From Candidatus Pullichristensenella stercorigallinarum (GTDB lineage Bacteria > Bacillota > Clostridia > Christensenellales > Aristaeellaceae): a DNA stretch of 64,000 nt. The first letter of the stretch is position 1. The number at the start of each line of letters is the position of its first letter. The notes beneath the pieces were generated by a model that did not search any database, was not told the origin of the DNA, and saw nothing but the letters and a program-made list of their open reading frames with translations. The position numbers and the translations under genes are program-made. This document shows positions 48,651-58,573 of the stretch, piece by piece. The stretch spans positions 3,034-67,033 of the forward strand of contig DVFZ01000085.1 in NCBI GenBank assembly GCA_018712945.1, given 5' to 3'.

Positions 48651-49937
48651 TTATAATTCCAAGGCCTCGGTCTCTTTTTGGATGGCTGCAAAGTACGGTG
48701 TGCAGTCGATGGTGGCAAAATAGTCCAACGGCGTTTCCGCACGGCGAATCAGCGAAAAACTGCCGTCCTCCTGCAAAAGCACCTCGGCGGAGCGCAGTTT
48801 GCCGTTATAGTTGTAGCCCATCGAATGACCGTGCGCGCCGGTGTCGTGGATAACCACCAGGTCGCCGATATCAATGTGCGGCAGCGGCCGGTCGATGGCA
48901 AACTTGTCGTTGTTTTCACACAGAGAACCGACAATGTCGTAAATATGGTCGTTGGGCTGGTTTTCCTTGCCGGCGATCGTAATGTGATGATACGCGCCGT
49001 ACATCGCCGGGCGCATCAAGTTGGCGGCGCAAGCGTCCAGACCGATATATTCCTTGTAGATGTGCTTTTCGTGGATGGCGGTGGCCACCAGGCAGCCGTG
49101 CGGGCCGGTCATGTAGCGGCCCAGCTCGCTGGCAATGTGTATCTTCATGCCGGTGGGCTCAATCATCTGTTCGTAAAGCCTGCGTACGTCATCTGCGATT
49201 TCCTCGATGTTCGCGGGCGATTGCTGCGGGCGGTAGGGAATGCCGACGCCGCCGGAGAGGTTGATCATGAAAAAGTCCGCGCCAATCATTTCGTGCGCCT
49301 CGGCCGCCAGCTTGAAGAGCATCCGGGCGATGGTGGGATAGTAGGCCGAGTCTGTGGAGTTGCTTGCCAACAGCGTGTGCAGGCCAAATTGCTTGACGCC
49401 CTCATTTTGCAATATGCGGATGGCCTGGAAAATCTGCGGACGGGTCATGCCGTATTTGGCGTCCCAGGGATGGCCCATGCAGGTATTGCCGATATGCAGC
49501 TCCCCGCCGGGATTGTAGCGCAGGCAGATTTTTTCGGGGATCCCGCCGTTGCGCTTGAGAAATTCGATGTGGGTAATGTCGTCCAAATTGATGGTCGCGC
49601 CCAGTTTGCGCGCGTAGATATAGTCCTCGGCAGGGGTCATATTGGAGGAAAACATGATATCCTCGCCCTCAAAACCCACGGCCTTAGCCAGCATCAGCTC
49701 CGTGATGGAAGCGCAGTCCACGCCGCAGCCCTCGCTTTTGAGGATGGAAAGTATATAGGGGTTGGGGTTGGCCTTGACCGCAAAGTGCTCCCGAAAGCCG
49801 TGGTTCCAGGAAAACGCAGCCTGCACGCGCCGCGCCGTTTCGCGGATGCCCTTTTCGTCGTAAAGATGGAAGGGCGTTGGGTAGACCGAAGCGATTTCCC
49901 GCAGCTTTTCGGCGGAACAGAAGGGCAGCTTCTGCAT
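48651..49937 (-). CDS. lysA: PLP-dependent (fold type III) decarboxylase, diaminopimelate decarboxylase-like
   Basis: ATG at 49937 after GGGAGGAA. YPTPFHLYDEKGIRE..., the FAVKANPNP PLP-lysine motif, and a C-terminal beta-barrel region. Confidence 0.7.
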   Translation of the reverse strand: MQKLPFCSAEKLREIASVYPTPFHLYDEKGIRETARRVQAAFSWNHGFREHFAVKANPNPYILSILKSEGCGVDCASITELMLAKAVGFEGEDIMFSSNMTPAEDYIYARKLGATINLDDITHIEFLKRNGGIPEKICLRYNPGGELHIGNTCMGHPWDAKYGMTRPQIFQAIRILQNEGVKQFGLHTLLASNSTDSAYYPTIARMLFKLAAEAHEMIGADFFMINLSGGVGIPYRPQQSPANIEEIADDVRRLYEQMIEPTGMKIHIASELGRYMTGPHGCLVATAIHEKHIYKEYIGLDACAANLMRPAMYGAYHHITIAGKENQPNDHIYDIVGSLCENNDKFAIDRPLPHIDIGDLVVIHDTGAHGHSMGYNYNGKLRSAEVLLQEDGSFSLIRRAETPLDYFATIDCTPYFAAIQKETEALEL

Positions 49938-50064
49938 AAATATTCCTCCCTGCATAAATATTCGTGCTGCCGGTATGACAAGTGCAATGATAGGCATTTT
50001 TAGCCCGCGCGTCAAGCAAAATCCCGTTGAATTCGGAAAAAATGAATTCTTTAACATTCCGCCG

Positions 50065-50093
50065 TTGAACAAACGCCGTTTTCGTGTTAAAGT
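50065..50093 (+). promoter_or_regulatory. sigma-A promoter for the radical SAM/rng/miaB string
   Basis: TTGAAC-17 nt-TGT-TAAAGT. Confidence 0.55.
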
Positions 50094-50125
50094 AAATTGG
50101 ATGTTTATCTGTGGAGGTTAGTCGC

Positions 50126-51967
50126 TTGAGCCTTTCAGAACGGATCGACGCGCTTTTGGAGCGCGTTGAAAAGCCGGTGCGCTACATGGGCGGCGAGTTC
50201 GGGTGCGTCATGAAAGACCCGGAATCGGTCGATGTGCGCTATGCGTTTCTTTTCCCGGATACCTATGAGGTCGGCATGTCTCATCTGGGCATGAAGATCC
50301 TCTATCATACCATCAACGCGCGCGAGGACGCTTGGTGCGAGCGCGTGTTTTCTCCGTGGGTGGACATGGCCGCGCTCATGCGCGCGGAACATGTGCCCCT
50401 GTTTTCTCTGGAGAGCCGTACGCCGGTGCGGGAGTTTGATTTGCTCGGCATTACGCTCCAGTATGAAATGAGCTTTACCAACATCCTTGAGGCGCTGGAT
50501 TTGGCCGGCATACCGCTTAGGCGCGAGGAGCGCGATTCCGGCCCCTTCGTCATCTGCGGCGGACCCTGCGCTTTCAATCCGGAACCGCTCGCGCCGTTTG
50601 TCGATTTCTTTGTCCTTGGCGACGGCGAGGTGTCCACGCATCAGACCATTGACGCCTACCGGCAGTGGAAGGCGTCCGGCCTGCCGCGCGCGGAATACTT
50701 GCGCATGGTTGCAAAGATTCCCGGCGTATATGTGCCCTCGCTTTACGATGTGGCCTACAACGCCGATGGCACCATCGCCTCCATCGCCCCTAAGGAGGGC
50801 AGCGGCGCGCCGGAAATGGTCTATAAGGCGCTGGTCAACGACTTGACGCACGCGGATTATCCGGAAAAACTGATCGTTCCCTATGGCGAGGTCGTCCACA
50901 ACCGCATTATGCTGGAAATTTTCCGCGGCTGCACGCGAGGCTGCCGCTTCTGTCAGGCGGGCATGATCTATCGCCCCGTGCGCGAACGCTCCATGGACCG
51001 CCTGCTCGAACTGGCCGAAAAGCTGGTGCGCGCCACGGGGTACGACGAAATTTCCCTGATGAGCCTTTCCAGCGGCGATTACTCCTGCCTGCCGGAACTG
51101 GCGCGGGAGATGGTGCGCCGCTATGCCGGGCGGCGGGTAAAGATATCCCTGCCCTCGCAGCGTATCGACAACGTGCTTACCGATACGCTTAAGGAAACGC
51201 AGAAAGTGCGCAAAACCGCGCTCACGCTCGCTCCGGAGGCGGGCACCCAGCGCCTGCGCGACGTCATCAACAAGGGCGTGACCGAGGAAGATCTTGTGCG
51301 CTCGGTAACGGACGCCTTTGAACAGGGCTGGTCGGCGGTCAAGCTCTATTTCATGCTTGGCCTGCCCACGGAAACGGACGAGGACGTGCTCGGCATCGCG
51401 CATCTGGCGGATGTGGTGCGCTCGTGCTATCTTTCGCTTCCCAAGGAAAAGCGCGCCCCTGGCCTGCGCATCACGGTGAGCGCCTCGGTATTCGTGCCCA
51501 AGAACTTCACGCCCTTCCAGTGGGCGGCGCAGCTTGGCAACGACGAGGTTGTGCGCCGCCAGCAGCTTCTTAAGCGCGAGCTTTCCAAAATCAAGGGCGT
51601 GGATTTTAAGTATCACGCCATGGATTTAAGCTACATCGAAGCCGTATTTGCGCGCGGAGACCGCCGCCTGGCCGACGTGCTGGAACGCGCTTGGCGCCTG
51701 GGCTGCCGTTTTGACGGCTGGTCGGATCAGTTCCGCTATGACCTGTGGAAGCGGGCATTCGTGGATTGCGGCCTTGACCCGGGTTTTTATGCCACCCGCG
51801 AACGGCCGGAGGATGAAATTTTTCCCTGGGAGCATCTTGATGCGGGTGTGAGCAAGGAATTCCTGCTTCGGGAATGGAAAAAGGCGCAAAGCGCCGAGCG
51901 CACGCAGGATTGCCGCAAGGGCTGCGTGGGCTGCGGCATGCGTCGCTACGAGGGGGCCTGCCGATGA
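50126..51967 (+). CDS. TIGR03960-type B12-binding-domain radical SAM protein
   Basis: VEKPVRYMGGE N-terminus and the radical SAM cluster CTRGCRFCQAG. TTG 50126 is 8 nt after GGAGG. The ORF-track GTG at 50111 overlaps the RBS. Confidence 0.85.
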   Translation: MSLSERIDALLERVEKPVRYMGGEFGCVMKDPESVDVRYAFLFPDTYEVGMSHLGMKILYHTINAREDAWCERVFSPWVDMAALMRAEHVPLFSLESRTPVREFDLLGITLQYEMSFTNILEALDLAGIPLRREERDSGPFVICGGPCAFNPEPLAPFVDFFVLGDGEVSTHQTIDAYRQWKASGLPRAEYLRMVAKIPGVYVPSLYDVAYNADGTIASIAPKEGSGAPEMVYKALVNDLTHADYPEKLIVPYGEVVHNRIMLEIFRGCTRGCRFCQAGMIYRPVRERSMDRLLELAEKLVRATGYDEISLMSLSSGDYSCLPELAREMVRRYAGRRVKISLPSQRIDNVLTDTLKETQKVRKTALTLAPEAGTQRLRDVINKGVTEEDLVRSVTDAFEQGWSAVKLYFMLGLPTETDEDVLGIAHLADVVRSCYLSLPKEKRAPGLRITVSASVFVPKNFTPFQWAAQLGNDEVVRRQQLLKRELSKIKGVDFKYHAMDLSYIEAVFARGDRRLADVLERAWRLGCRFDGWSDQFRYDLWKRAFVDCGLDPGFYATRERPEDEIFPWEHLDAGVSKEFLLREWKKAQSAERTQDCRKGCVGCGMRRYEGACR

Positions 51968-52641
51968 GAACGCTTCTGCGCTTTGGCAAAAACAGCCGCC
52001 TGCGCTTTGTATCGCATTTGGATTTGCAGCGCTTTTTTCAGCGTGCGCTGAACCGCACTGGCCTGCCCATCGCCTTTTCGCAGGGCTTTAATCCGCACGC
52101 GGTGATGTCGTTTGCCTCGGCGCTGGCAGTGGGCTGGACGAGCGAATATGAAATACTGGATGTAAAGCTCGCCGCGCCGATGGGCCGCGGCCGGGTGGAA
52201 GAGGCCATGCGTGCCGCTTTGCCGGAGGATTTGCCCGTCCTGGGCGTGCGCATGGTGGACGACCGCTTCCCTGCGGCGATGTCCCTGGTGCGCTGTGCGG
52301 ACTATCGCATCATCCCGGAGGGCACGGATGCGGCGGCCATACTTGCCGCTGTGGAGCCATATCTTGCGGCGGAGCATGTGATGGGCGTGCGCAAGACCAA
52401 GTCCGGCGAGCGTGAGATCGACCTGCGCCCGCTGACGCTCTCTCTTGCGGCGCGGGACGGCAGTCTTTACGCGCGCCTGATGCTCACGGAGCGCGATACG
52501 CTCAAGCCTGACGTGCTTCTGGCCGGCCTGGCCGGCCTGGCTGGCGTGCAGGTGCCGCGCGTGCATGTGCATCGTTTGTGCCTGCTTGGGGAAAACGCGG
52601 CGGGGGAGCTTTCGCCGCTGATGGAGCTGAAAAACGCATGA
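51964..52641 (+). CDS. TIGR03936/DUF2344 radical-SAM-associated protein
   Basis: RLRFVSHLDLQRFFQRALNRTGLPIAFSQGFNPH. ATGA overlap with the radical SAM gene. Confidence 0.85.
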   Translation: MRTLLRFGKNSRLRFVSHLDLQRFFQRALNRTGLPIAFSQGFNPHAVMSFASALAVGWTSEYEILDVKLAAPMGRGRVEEAMRAALPEDLPVLGVRMVDDRFPAAMSLVRCADYRIIPEGTDAAAILAAVEPYLAAEHVMGVRKTKSGEREIDLRPLTLSLAARDGSLYARLMLTERDTLKPDVLLAGLAGLAGVQVPRVHVHRLCLLGENAAGELSPLMELKNA

Positions 52642-54137
52642 CAAAGACGATCCTCATCGACCGCCTGTGCGGACAGACGAGCCTGGCCCTTCTTGAGGAC
52701 GGCGCGCTCGCGGAGCTGTATTTTGAAAGCAAGGGGCACGAAAAGCTCTCCGGCAACATCTATGCGGGCCGGGTCGAAAACGTGCTTCCCGGCATGAACG
52801 CTGCCTTTGTCAATATTGGTCTTGAGAAAAACGCCTTTCTGTATGCGGGAGACATACAGCTTGGCGACGCGGAACTTGCCGAGCAATTGCGCGGCGCACG
52901 CATCGAGCGCTTGGTGCGGCCGGGGCAGACCATCGTCGTTCAGGTCGTCAAGGAACCTGGCGGCGATAAGGGGCCTCGTCTCTCCTGTCATATTACGTTG
53001 CCGGGGCGTCTGTCGGTGTTTTTGCCGACGGTCAAGTATGTCGGCATTTCCCGCCGGATCCACGCTGAAGAGGAACGGGAACGCTTGCGCGCGATTGCAG
53101 AAGCGCTTGTACAGCCCTCCGAAGGCGGTATAATCGTGCGCACGGCGGCGGAAGGCGCACAGGAAAAGGAACTGCGCGATGATTTCGAAGCGCTTGCGCG
53201 CCTGTGGCAGGCCATTGAGCGCCGGGGACGTCACGTTACTGCGCCCGCGCTTTTGCACTGCGACGGCAGTCTGATTGATCGCGCCGTGCGCGATATGCTC
53301 TGCGACGAAGTGGAAAGCGTGCGCACAGAGGACGCATGCCTCTATGAAAGCCTGCGTGAAACCGCAACTACGCTGGCTCCGGAGTTCGCCGGCCGTATCG
53401 TGCTGGATCGCGCCGAATCGCCGATTTTCGACCGCTTCTGCGTCTGGAAGCAGGCGGAGAGCGCCTTCAAGCGCCGCGTTTGGCTCAAAAGCGGCGGCTA
53501 TTTGGTGTTCGACTATACCGAGGCGCTCACCGTGGTGGACGTCAACACCGGCAAATACGTCGGCAAGCGCTCGCTTTCGGAAACCGTGTTTGCCCTCAAC
53601 TGCGAGGCGGCGCGCGAGATTGCCCGCCAGCTTCGCCTGCGCGATATCGGCGGCATCATCATCATTGATTTTATCGACATGGACCGCCCGCAGCAGCGCG
53701 AAGCGCTTTTGGACGTCCTGCGCGAATGCCTGCTCCGGGATCACACGCGCACCAATCTCGTAGGAATTACCGGACTCGGTCTGGTTGAGTTGACGCGCAA
53801 GAAGGTGCGCCAGCCGATTTACAAGCAGAAATGCCATGTATGCGCTGCCTGCCAGGGAAGCGGACTGGTGCCCGCGCATGAGCACACGGCGCGCCAAGCG
53901 CTGCTTGAGGCGCGCAGACGTCGCCGGCGCGGGGACGAGACGCCCTATGTCATTATCGCGGCGCCGCCGGTAGCGGGAATGATCCTCGCGCTCGGCGCGC
54001 CGGAGGGGGCGGCGGCGCTGCGCGTGCTCGCCGACGAAGGCATGGACGAGGCTGATTTTCGCCTCGAATCGTTTCAGGAGGAAACGCCGCCCAGCGGCGC
54101 AAAGCTATTGAAGGACAAAACAGGGGAGACGCCATGA
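52638..54137 (+). CDS. rng: ribonuclease E/G family protein (RNase G-like)
   Basis: S1 domain GNIYAGRVENVLPGMNAAFVNIG and catalytic TVVDVNTGK...IIIIDFIDM. ATGA overlap upstream. Confidence 0.9.
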   Translation: MTKTILIDRLCGQTSLALLEDGALAELYFESKGHEKLSGNIYAGRVENVLPGMNAAFVNIGLEKNAFLYAGDIQLGDAELAEQLRGARIERLVRPGQTIVVQVVKEPGGDKGPRLSCHITLPGRLSVFLPTVKYVGISRRIHAEEERERLRAIAEALVQPSEGGIIVRTAAEGAQEKELRDDFEALARLWQAIERRGRHVTAPALLHCDGSLIDRAVRDMLCDEVESVRTEDACLYESLRETATTLAPEFAGRIVLDRAESPIFDRFCVWKQAESAFKRRVWLKSGGYLVFDYTEALTVVDVNTGKYVGKRSLSETVFALNCEAAREIARQLRLRDIGGIIIIDFIDMDRPQQREALLDVLRECLLRDHTRTNLVGITGLGLVELTRKKVRQPIYKQKCHVCAACQGSGLVPAHEHTARQALLEARRRRRRGDETPYVIIAAPPVAGMILALGAPEGAAALRVLADEGMDEADFRLESFQEETPPSGAKLLKDKTGETP

Positions 54138-55531
54138 ACGAACGCTTTATTGTATCGGAAAGCGAGCTTGTGCGCCAGCGCGAATTCGCCGCGCGCGTGC
54201 GCCAGTTTCCAGACCGGCCGCAGACTTTCCACATCGTTACCATGGGCTGCCAGATGAACGAACGCGATTCGGAAACCATCGCCGGCATGCTCGCCGGGAT
54301 GGGGATGCGCCCGGAAGCGGTGCGGGAAAAGGCCGGCCTTATTCTCTACAACACCTGCTGCGTGCGCGAAAACGCTGAAAACCGCGCGCTGGGAAACGTC
54401 ATCTGGCTCAAGGAGCTGAAAAAAGAGCGCCCGGAACTTCTGATCTGCGTTGGGGGCTGTATGGCACAGGAAGCGGGCATGGCCGAGCGCATGAAGGCCA
54501 TGTACCCGTTTATCGACTTGGTATTCGGCACGCACAACATGCACCGCTTGCCCGAATACCTTCTGCGCGTGTTGGAAAGCCGCCATCCCGTCGTGGAAGT
54601 CCTGGAAAGCGACGGCGTGATTGTCGAAGGCCTGCCGCAGGAGCGCGCCAGCGCCTTTTCCGCCTTCGTCAACATCATGTATGGCTGCAACAACTTCTGC
54701 TCCTATTGCATCGTGCCCTATGTGCGCGGCCGGGAGCGCTCGCGCGAACGACAGTCGGTTCTTGATGAATGCAAGCGCCTTGTCGACCAGGGCGTCCAGG
54801 AAATCACGCTGCTTGGGCAGAACGTCAATTCCTATCGCGGCGGCGGCAGTGAATTTGCCGAACTGCTCCGGCGCGTGGACGCGCTGGGCGTGCCGCGTTT
54901 GCGGTTTATGACCTCGCATCCCAAGGACTTGAGCGACGAACTGATTGCAGCCTATGGCGAGCTTGAACACCTGATGCCCAATCTGCATCTGCCCGTACAG
55001 GCTGGAAACAATGCGATTCTTCAGGCCATGAACCGCCGTTATACGCGCGAGCGCTATCTGGAGCTGGTAAACAAACTAAGGTCTGTAAAACCGGAAATCG
55101 GCCTGACGACGGATATCATCGTCGGCTTTCCCGGTGAAACGGAGGAGCAGTTTGAGGATACGCTCTCGCTTGTGCGAGCGGTTCGCTATGATTCCGCATT
55201 TACTTTTATCTATTCCAAGCGCGCCGGCACGAAAGCGGCGCAAATGCCCGACAATACGCCCGAGCCGGTCAAGAGCGAACGCATCCAACGCCTGATCGCC
55301 TTGCAATCAGACATTTCCCGGGAAATCCTCACCGCGCAGGTGGGACGGCGGGAAACGGTGCTGGTAGAATCCCTTTCCGCGCGCGACGAGGGTTGGATCG
55401 GCGGCAAAACGCCGCGCGGGCACATGGTCAATTTCCCGGGAAAACCTGACCTGATCGGTCAGCTTGTCCGGGTAGAAATCCTTTCCGCGGGCCGCAATAC
55501 GTTGCGCGGAAAAATGATCACGGAGGTTTGA
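54134..55531 (+). CDS. miaB: tRNA-i6A37 methylthiotransferase MiaB
   Basis: UPF0004 domain TMGCQMNERDSE, radical SAM cluster CNNFCSYCIVP, TRAM domain. ATGA overlap with rng. Confidence 0.9.
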   Translation: MNERFIVSESELVRQREFAARVRQFPDRPQTFHIVTMGCQMNERDSETIAGMLAGMGMRPEAVREKAGLILYNTCCVRENAENRALGNVIWLKELKKERPELLICVGGCMAQEAGMAERMKAMYPFIDLVFGTHNMHRLPEYLLRVLESRHPVVEVLESDGVIVEGLPQERASAFSAFVNIMYGCNNFCSYCIVPYVRGRERSRERQSVLDECKRLVDQGVQEITLLGQNVNSYRGGGSEFAELLRRVDALGVPRLRFMTSHPKDLSDELIAAYGELEHLMPNLHLPVQAGNNAILQAMNRRYTRERYLELVNKLRSVKPEIGLTTDIIVGFPGETEEQFEDTLSLVRAVRYDSAFTFIYSKRAGTKAAQMPDNTPEPVKSERIQRLIALQSDISREILTAQVGRRETVLVESLSARDEGWIGGKTPRGHMVNFPGKPDLIGQLVRVEILSAGRNTLRGKMITEV

Positions 55532-55535
55532 GTCA

Positions 55536-55949
55536 ATGGACGCCGTATTTCAGAAAACCAGAGAGCTTGGGCAGGCGCTGATCGAAAGCGAAGTCTATCA
55601 GGAAATGAAGGCTGCAGAGGAAAAGGCCGCCCGCAACCAGGAGGCGGCAGAGGCGATGAACCATTATTTGGAGCTGCGTGGGCAGATTCAGGACATGCTT
55701 TCCCATGAAAATCCCGATTCTGCCGTACTCAAGCGCCTTTCCGACGAAATGGATGAAACGCAGAACAGGCTCAACATGATTGACGACATCGCCGCCATGA
55801 CGCAGGCGCGCGCAGCGTTTTCCGAGCTGATCAATCAGGTCAACCAGGTGCTTCAATTCATCGTCACCGGGCGCATTGCCGAAGAAGGCCAGGATAGTTG
55901 CTCGGGTAGCTGCGCTTCCTGCGGCGGCAGTTGCCATACGACGCACTAA
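55536..55949 (+). CDS. YlbF/YmcA family regulator with Cys-rich C-terminal tail
   Basis: The helical N-terminal region of about 115 aa is typical of YlbF/YheA (A.ELG.ALIESEVYQE.K..E). The tail is CSGSCASCGGSCHTTH. Confidence 0.7.
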   Translation: MDAVFQKTRELGQALIESEVYQEMKAAEEKAARNQEAAEAMNHYLELRGQIQDMLSHENPDSAVLKRLSDEMDETQNRLNMIDDIAAMTQARAAFSELINQVNQVLQFIVTGRIAEEGQDSCSGSCASCGGSCHTTH

Positions 55950-55987
55950 AAGAAAACGCGGGATTTACGAAGGCGGGGTGAAAGGCG

Positions 55988-58573
55988 ATGGCTGTTTCGC
56001 CAATGATGCAGCAATACCTCCAGATCAAGGAGCAGTACAAGGACGCGATCCTCTTTTTCCGGCTCGGTGATTTCTACGAGATGTTTTTTGACGACGCCAT
56101 TCTCGTGTCCCGGGAGTTGGAGTTGACGCTGACGGGAAAAGACTGCGGTCTGTCTGAACGCGCGCCCATGTGCGGCGTACCCTTTCACGCCGCGGATACC
56201 TATCTGGCCCGCCTGATCGAAAAAGGTTATAAGGTGGCTATCTGCGAGCAGATGAGCGACCCGGCGACCACCAAGGGGTTGGTCGAACGCGAAGTCATCC
56301 GCGTGGTCACGCCCGGCACAGTCATCGAAACCAGCATGCTGGAGGATACGCGCCCCAGCTATCTTTTGTGCGTCTGCGCGCGTCAGAAGCGCGCGGGCGT
56401 GGCGTTTGCGGACGTGTCCACCGGGGAATTCCGCTATTTTTCGCTGGACGATATGCGCCTGTCGATTGCCGACGAGCTGGCGCGCATAGAGCCGCGCGAA
56501 ATCATTACCAATGACAAAGCGGCGCTTGCTGCCTGTGTGCCCGAGCGCGCAGAACGCGCCGGTACGCCCAATGCGGAGACATTTGAATATGCGCATGCCG
56601 TAAAATGTCTGAGCGCGCATTTTGGGAAAAGTATTTCCGAACTTGGTCTGGAAAACAACCGGCTGTGCGTATGCGCGGCGGGGGCGCTGCTTGCTTACCT
56701 GACGGAAACGCAGAAAAACGCCCTGACGCATATCATGGAGCTGCGCCCTTACGAGCGATCCAGCTTTATGGCGTTGGATCGCGCTGCCCTGAAAAGCCTT
56801 GAGCTTACGCAGACGGTACATGGCCGTGGCAAACGCGGTTCACTGCTCGCTATTCTCGACCGCACGGAAACAGCGATGGGCGGACGCCTTCTGCGCGATT
56901 GGATTGAGCGGCCGCTCTGTGACGCCGAACAAATCGGCAGGCGGCTTGACGCGGTGGAATGCTTTACCCAACGCCCGTTTGAGGCAAATGCTCTGCGCGA
57001 ATCGCTCAGTGGCGTTTACGATGTTGAGCGCCTCTTGAGCCGCATCGCCTATGACGCGCTCAACGCCCGCGATTGCCTGTCCCTGCGCGCCACGCTGCAG
57101 CTTGTGCCCCTGATTCGAAAGGACGCCGCCGCCTGCGACGCGGCTTTCATACAAAGCTGCGTTTCCTCCCTTGATCCCATGGAGGATATTTCTTCGCTGC
57201 TCTCACGCGCCATTGATGATGAACCGCCTCTGTCTGTACGCGAAGGCGGCATGATCCGCGCCGGTTATTCTCAGGAATTGGATGAACTGCGCGATGTATC
57301 GCAAAACGGCAAGGTATACCTTGCGGAGATGGAGCGCCGCGAGCGTGAGGAAACCGGGATCAAAAACCTGAAAATCGGCTACAACCGCGTTTTTGGCTAT
57401 TATATCGAGGTTACGCGCTCGTTTTACGACTTGGTGCCTTACCGCTACGTCCGCAAACAGACGCTTGCCAACTGCGAACGTTTCATTACCGATGAACTCA
57501 AAGAACTGGAGCGAAAAATTCTCGGCGCTGAGGAAAATGCCGTGCGCCTGGAATACCAGCTTTTCTGTGAGATTCGGGAAACGCTCAAGCAGGCTCTGCC
57601 GCGCTTGAGCGCTACGGCAGGCGCGCTCAAGACGCTGGACGTATTGCTCTCGCTGGCGCGCGTGGCGCAGGAAAATGAATATGTGCGCCCGTCCATCAAC
57701 AATGAGGGGCGCTACGAAATCGTCGATGGACGCCACCCTGTCGTCGAAGAAGGGCTTGGCCGCGCAGTGTTCGTGCCCAATGATACGCACCTGGACAATG
57801 AGCACCGCGTGATGATTATCACCGGGCCGAATATGGCGGGTAAATCCACCTATATGCGTCAGGTAGCCCTGATCGTGCTCATGGCCCACATGGGCAGCTT
57901 TGTGCCCGCCGCCTCGGCGGATGTCGCCCTGACCGACCGCATTTTTACCCGCATCGGCGCTTCGGATGACCTCTATGGCGGCCAGTCCACCTTCATGGTG
58001 GAGATGAGCGAAATGGCGGCCATCCTGAAATATGCCACGCCGCAAAGCTTGCTCGTCTTGGACGAGGTGGGACGCGGTACTTCCACGTTCGACGGCCTTT
58101 CCATCGCCTGGGCGGCAGTAGAATACATCGCCCAGAAGTGCGGGGCGCGCACGCTCTTTGCAACGCACTATCACGAGCTTTCCGAACTCGAAGGGCAGCT
58201 CGAAGGCGTTGTCAACTACCGCATCACCGCGCGGGAGCAGGGGGAGGACGTAATCTTCCTGCGCAAAATCGTTCCGGGCGGCGCGGACCGCAGTTATGGC
58301 GTGGCGGTCGCCAAGCTCGCCGGGCTTCCCAAGAGCGTCATCGCCCGGGCGCGGCAAATTATGGCGCGCCTGGAGGTCAACGACGAAGTGCGCGGCTCCA
58401 TCGGCAAGACCATTCTCGAAGGCGGCAAAGGCACCCAGCGCCAGCTCGGCATTGCGGACATCGAGCCGATTCGCTTGGTTGAAGAAATCGCCAAGCTGGA
58501 CGTCGTGAGCATGACGCCCATCGACGCTCTCAACAAGCTGTTTGAACTCAACGAAAAAGCGCGCCGCATTTAA
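55988..58573 (+). CDS. mutS: DNA mismatch repair protein MutS
   Basis: SPMMQQYLQIKEQY, GPNMAGKSTYMRQ, and DEVGRGTSTFDG. Confidence 0.97.
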   Translation: MAVSPMMQQYLQIKEQYKDAILFFRLGDFYEMFFDDAILVSRELELTLTGKDCGLSERAPMCGVPFHAADTYLARLIEKGYKVAICEQMSDPATTKGLVEREVIRVVTPGTVIETSMLEDTRPSYLLCVCARQKRAGVAFADVSTGEFRYFSLDDMRLSIADELARIEPREIITNDKAALAACVPERAERAGTPNAETFEYAHAVKCLSAHFGKSISELGLENNRLCVCAAGALLAYLTETQKNALTHIMELRPYERSSFMALDRAALKSLELTQTVHGRGKRGSLLAILDRTETAMGGRLLRDWIERPLCDAEQIGRRLDAVECFTQRPFEANALRESLSGVYDVERLLSRIAYDALNARDCLSLRATLQLVPLIRKDAAACDAAFIQSCVSSLDPMEDISSLLSRAIDDEPPLSVREGGMIRAGYSQELDELRDVSQNGKVYLAEMERREREETGIKNLKIGYNRVFGYYIEVTRSFYDLVPYRYVRKQTLANCERFITDELKELERKILGAEENAVRLEYQLFCEIRETLKQALPRLSATAGALKTLDVLLSLARVAQENEYVRPSINNEGRYEIVDGRHPVVEEGLGRAVFVPNDTHLDNEHRVMIITGPNMAGKSTYMRQVALIVLMAHMGSFVPAASADVALTDRIFTRIGASDDLYGGQSTFMVEMSEMAAILKYATPQSLLVLDEVGRGTSTFDGLSIAWAAVEYIAQKCGARTLFATHYHELSELEGQLEGVVNYRITAREQGEDVIFLRKIVPGGADRSYGVAVAKLAGLPKSVIARARQIMARLEVNDEVRGSIGKTILEGGKGTQRQLGIADIEPIRLVEEIAKLDVVSMTPIDALNKLFELNEKARRI

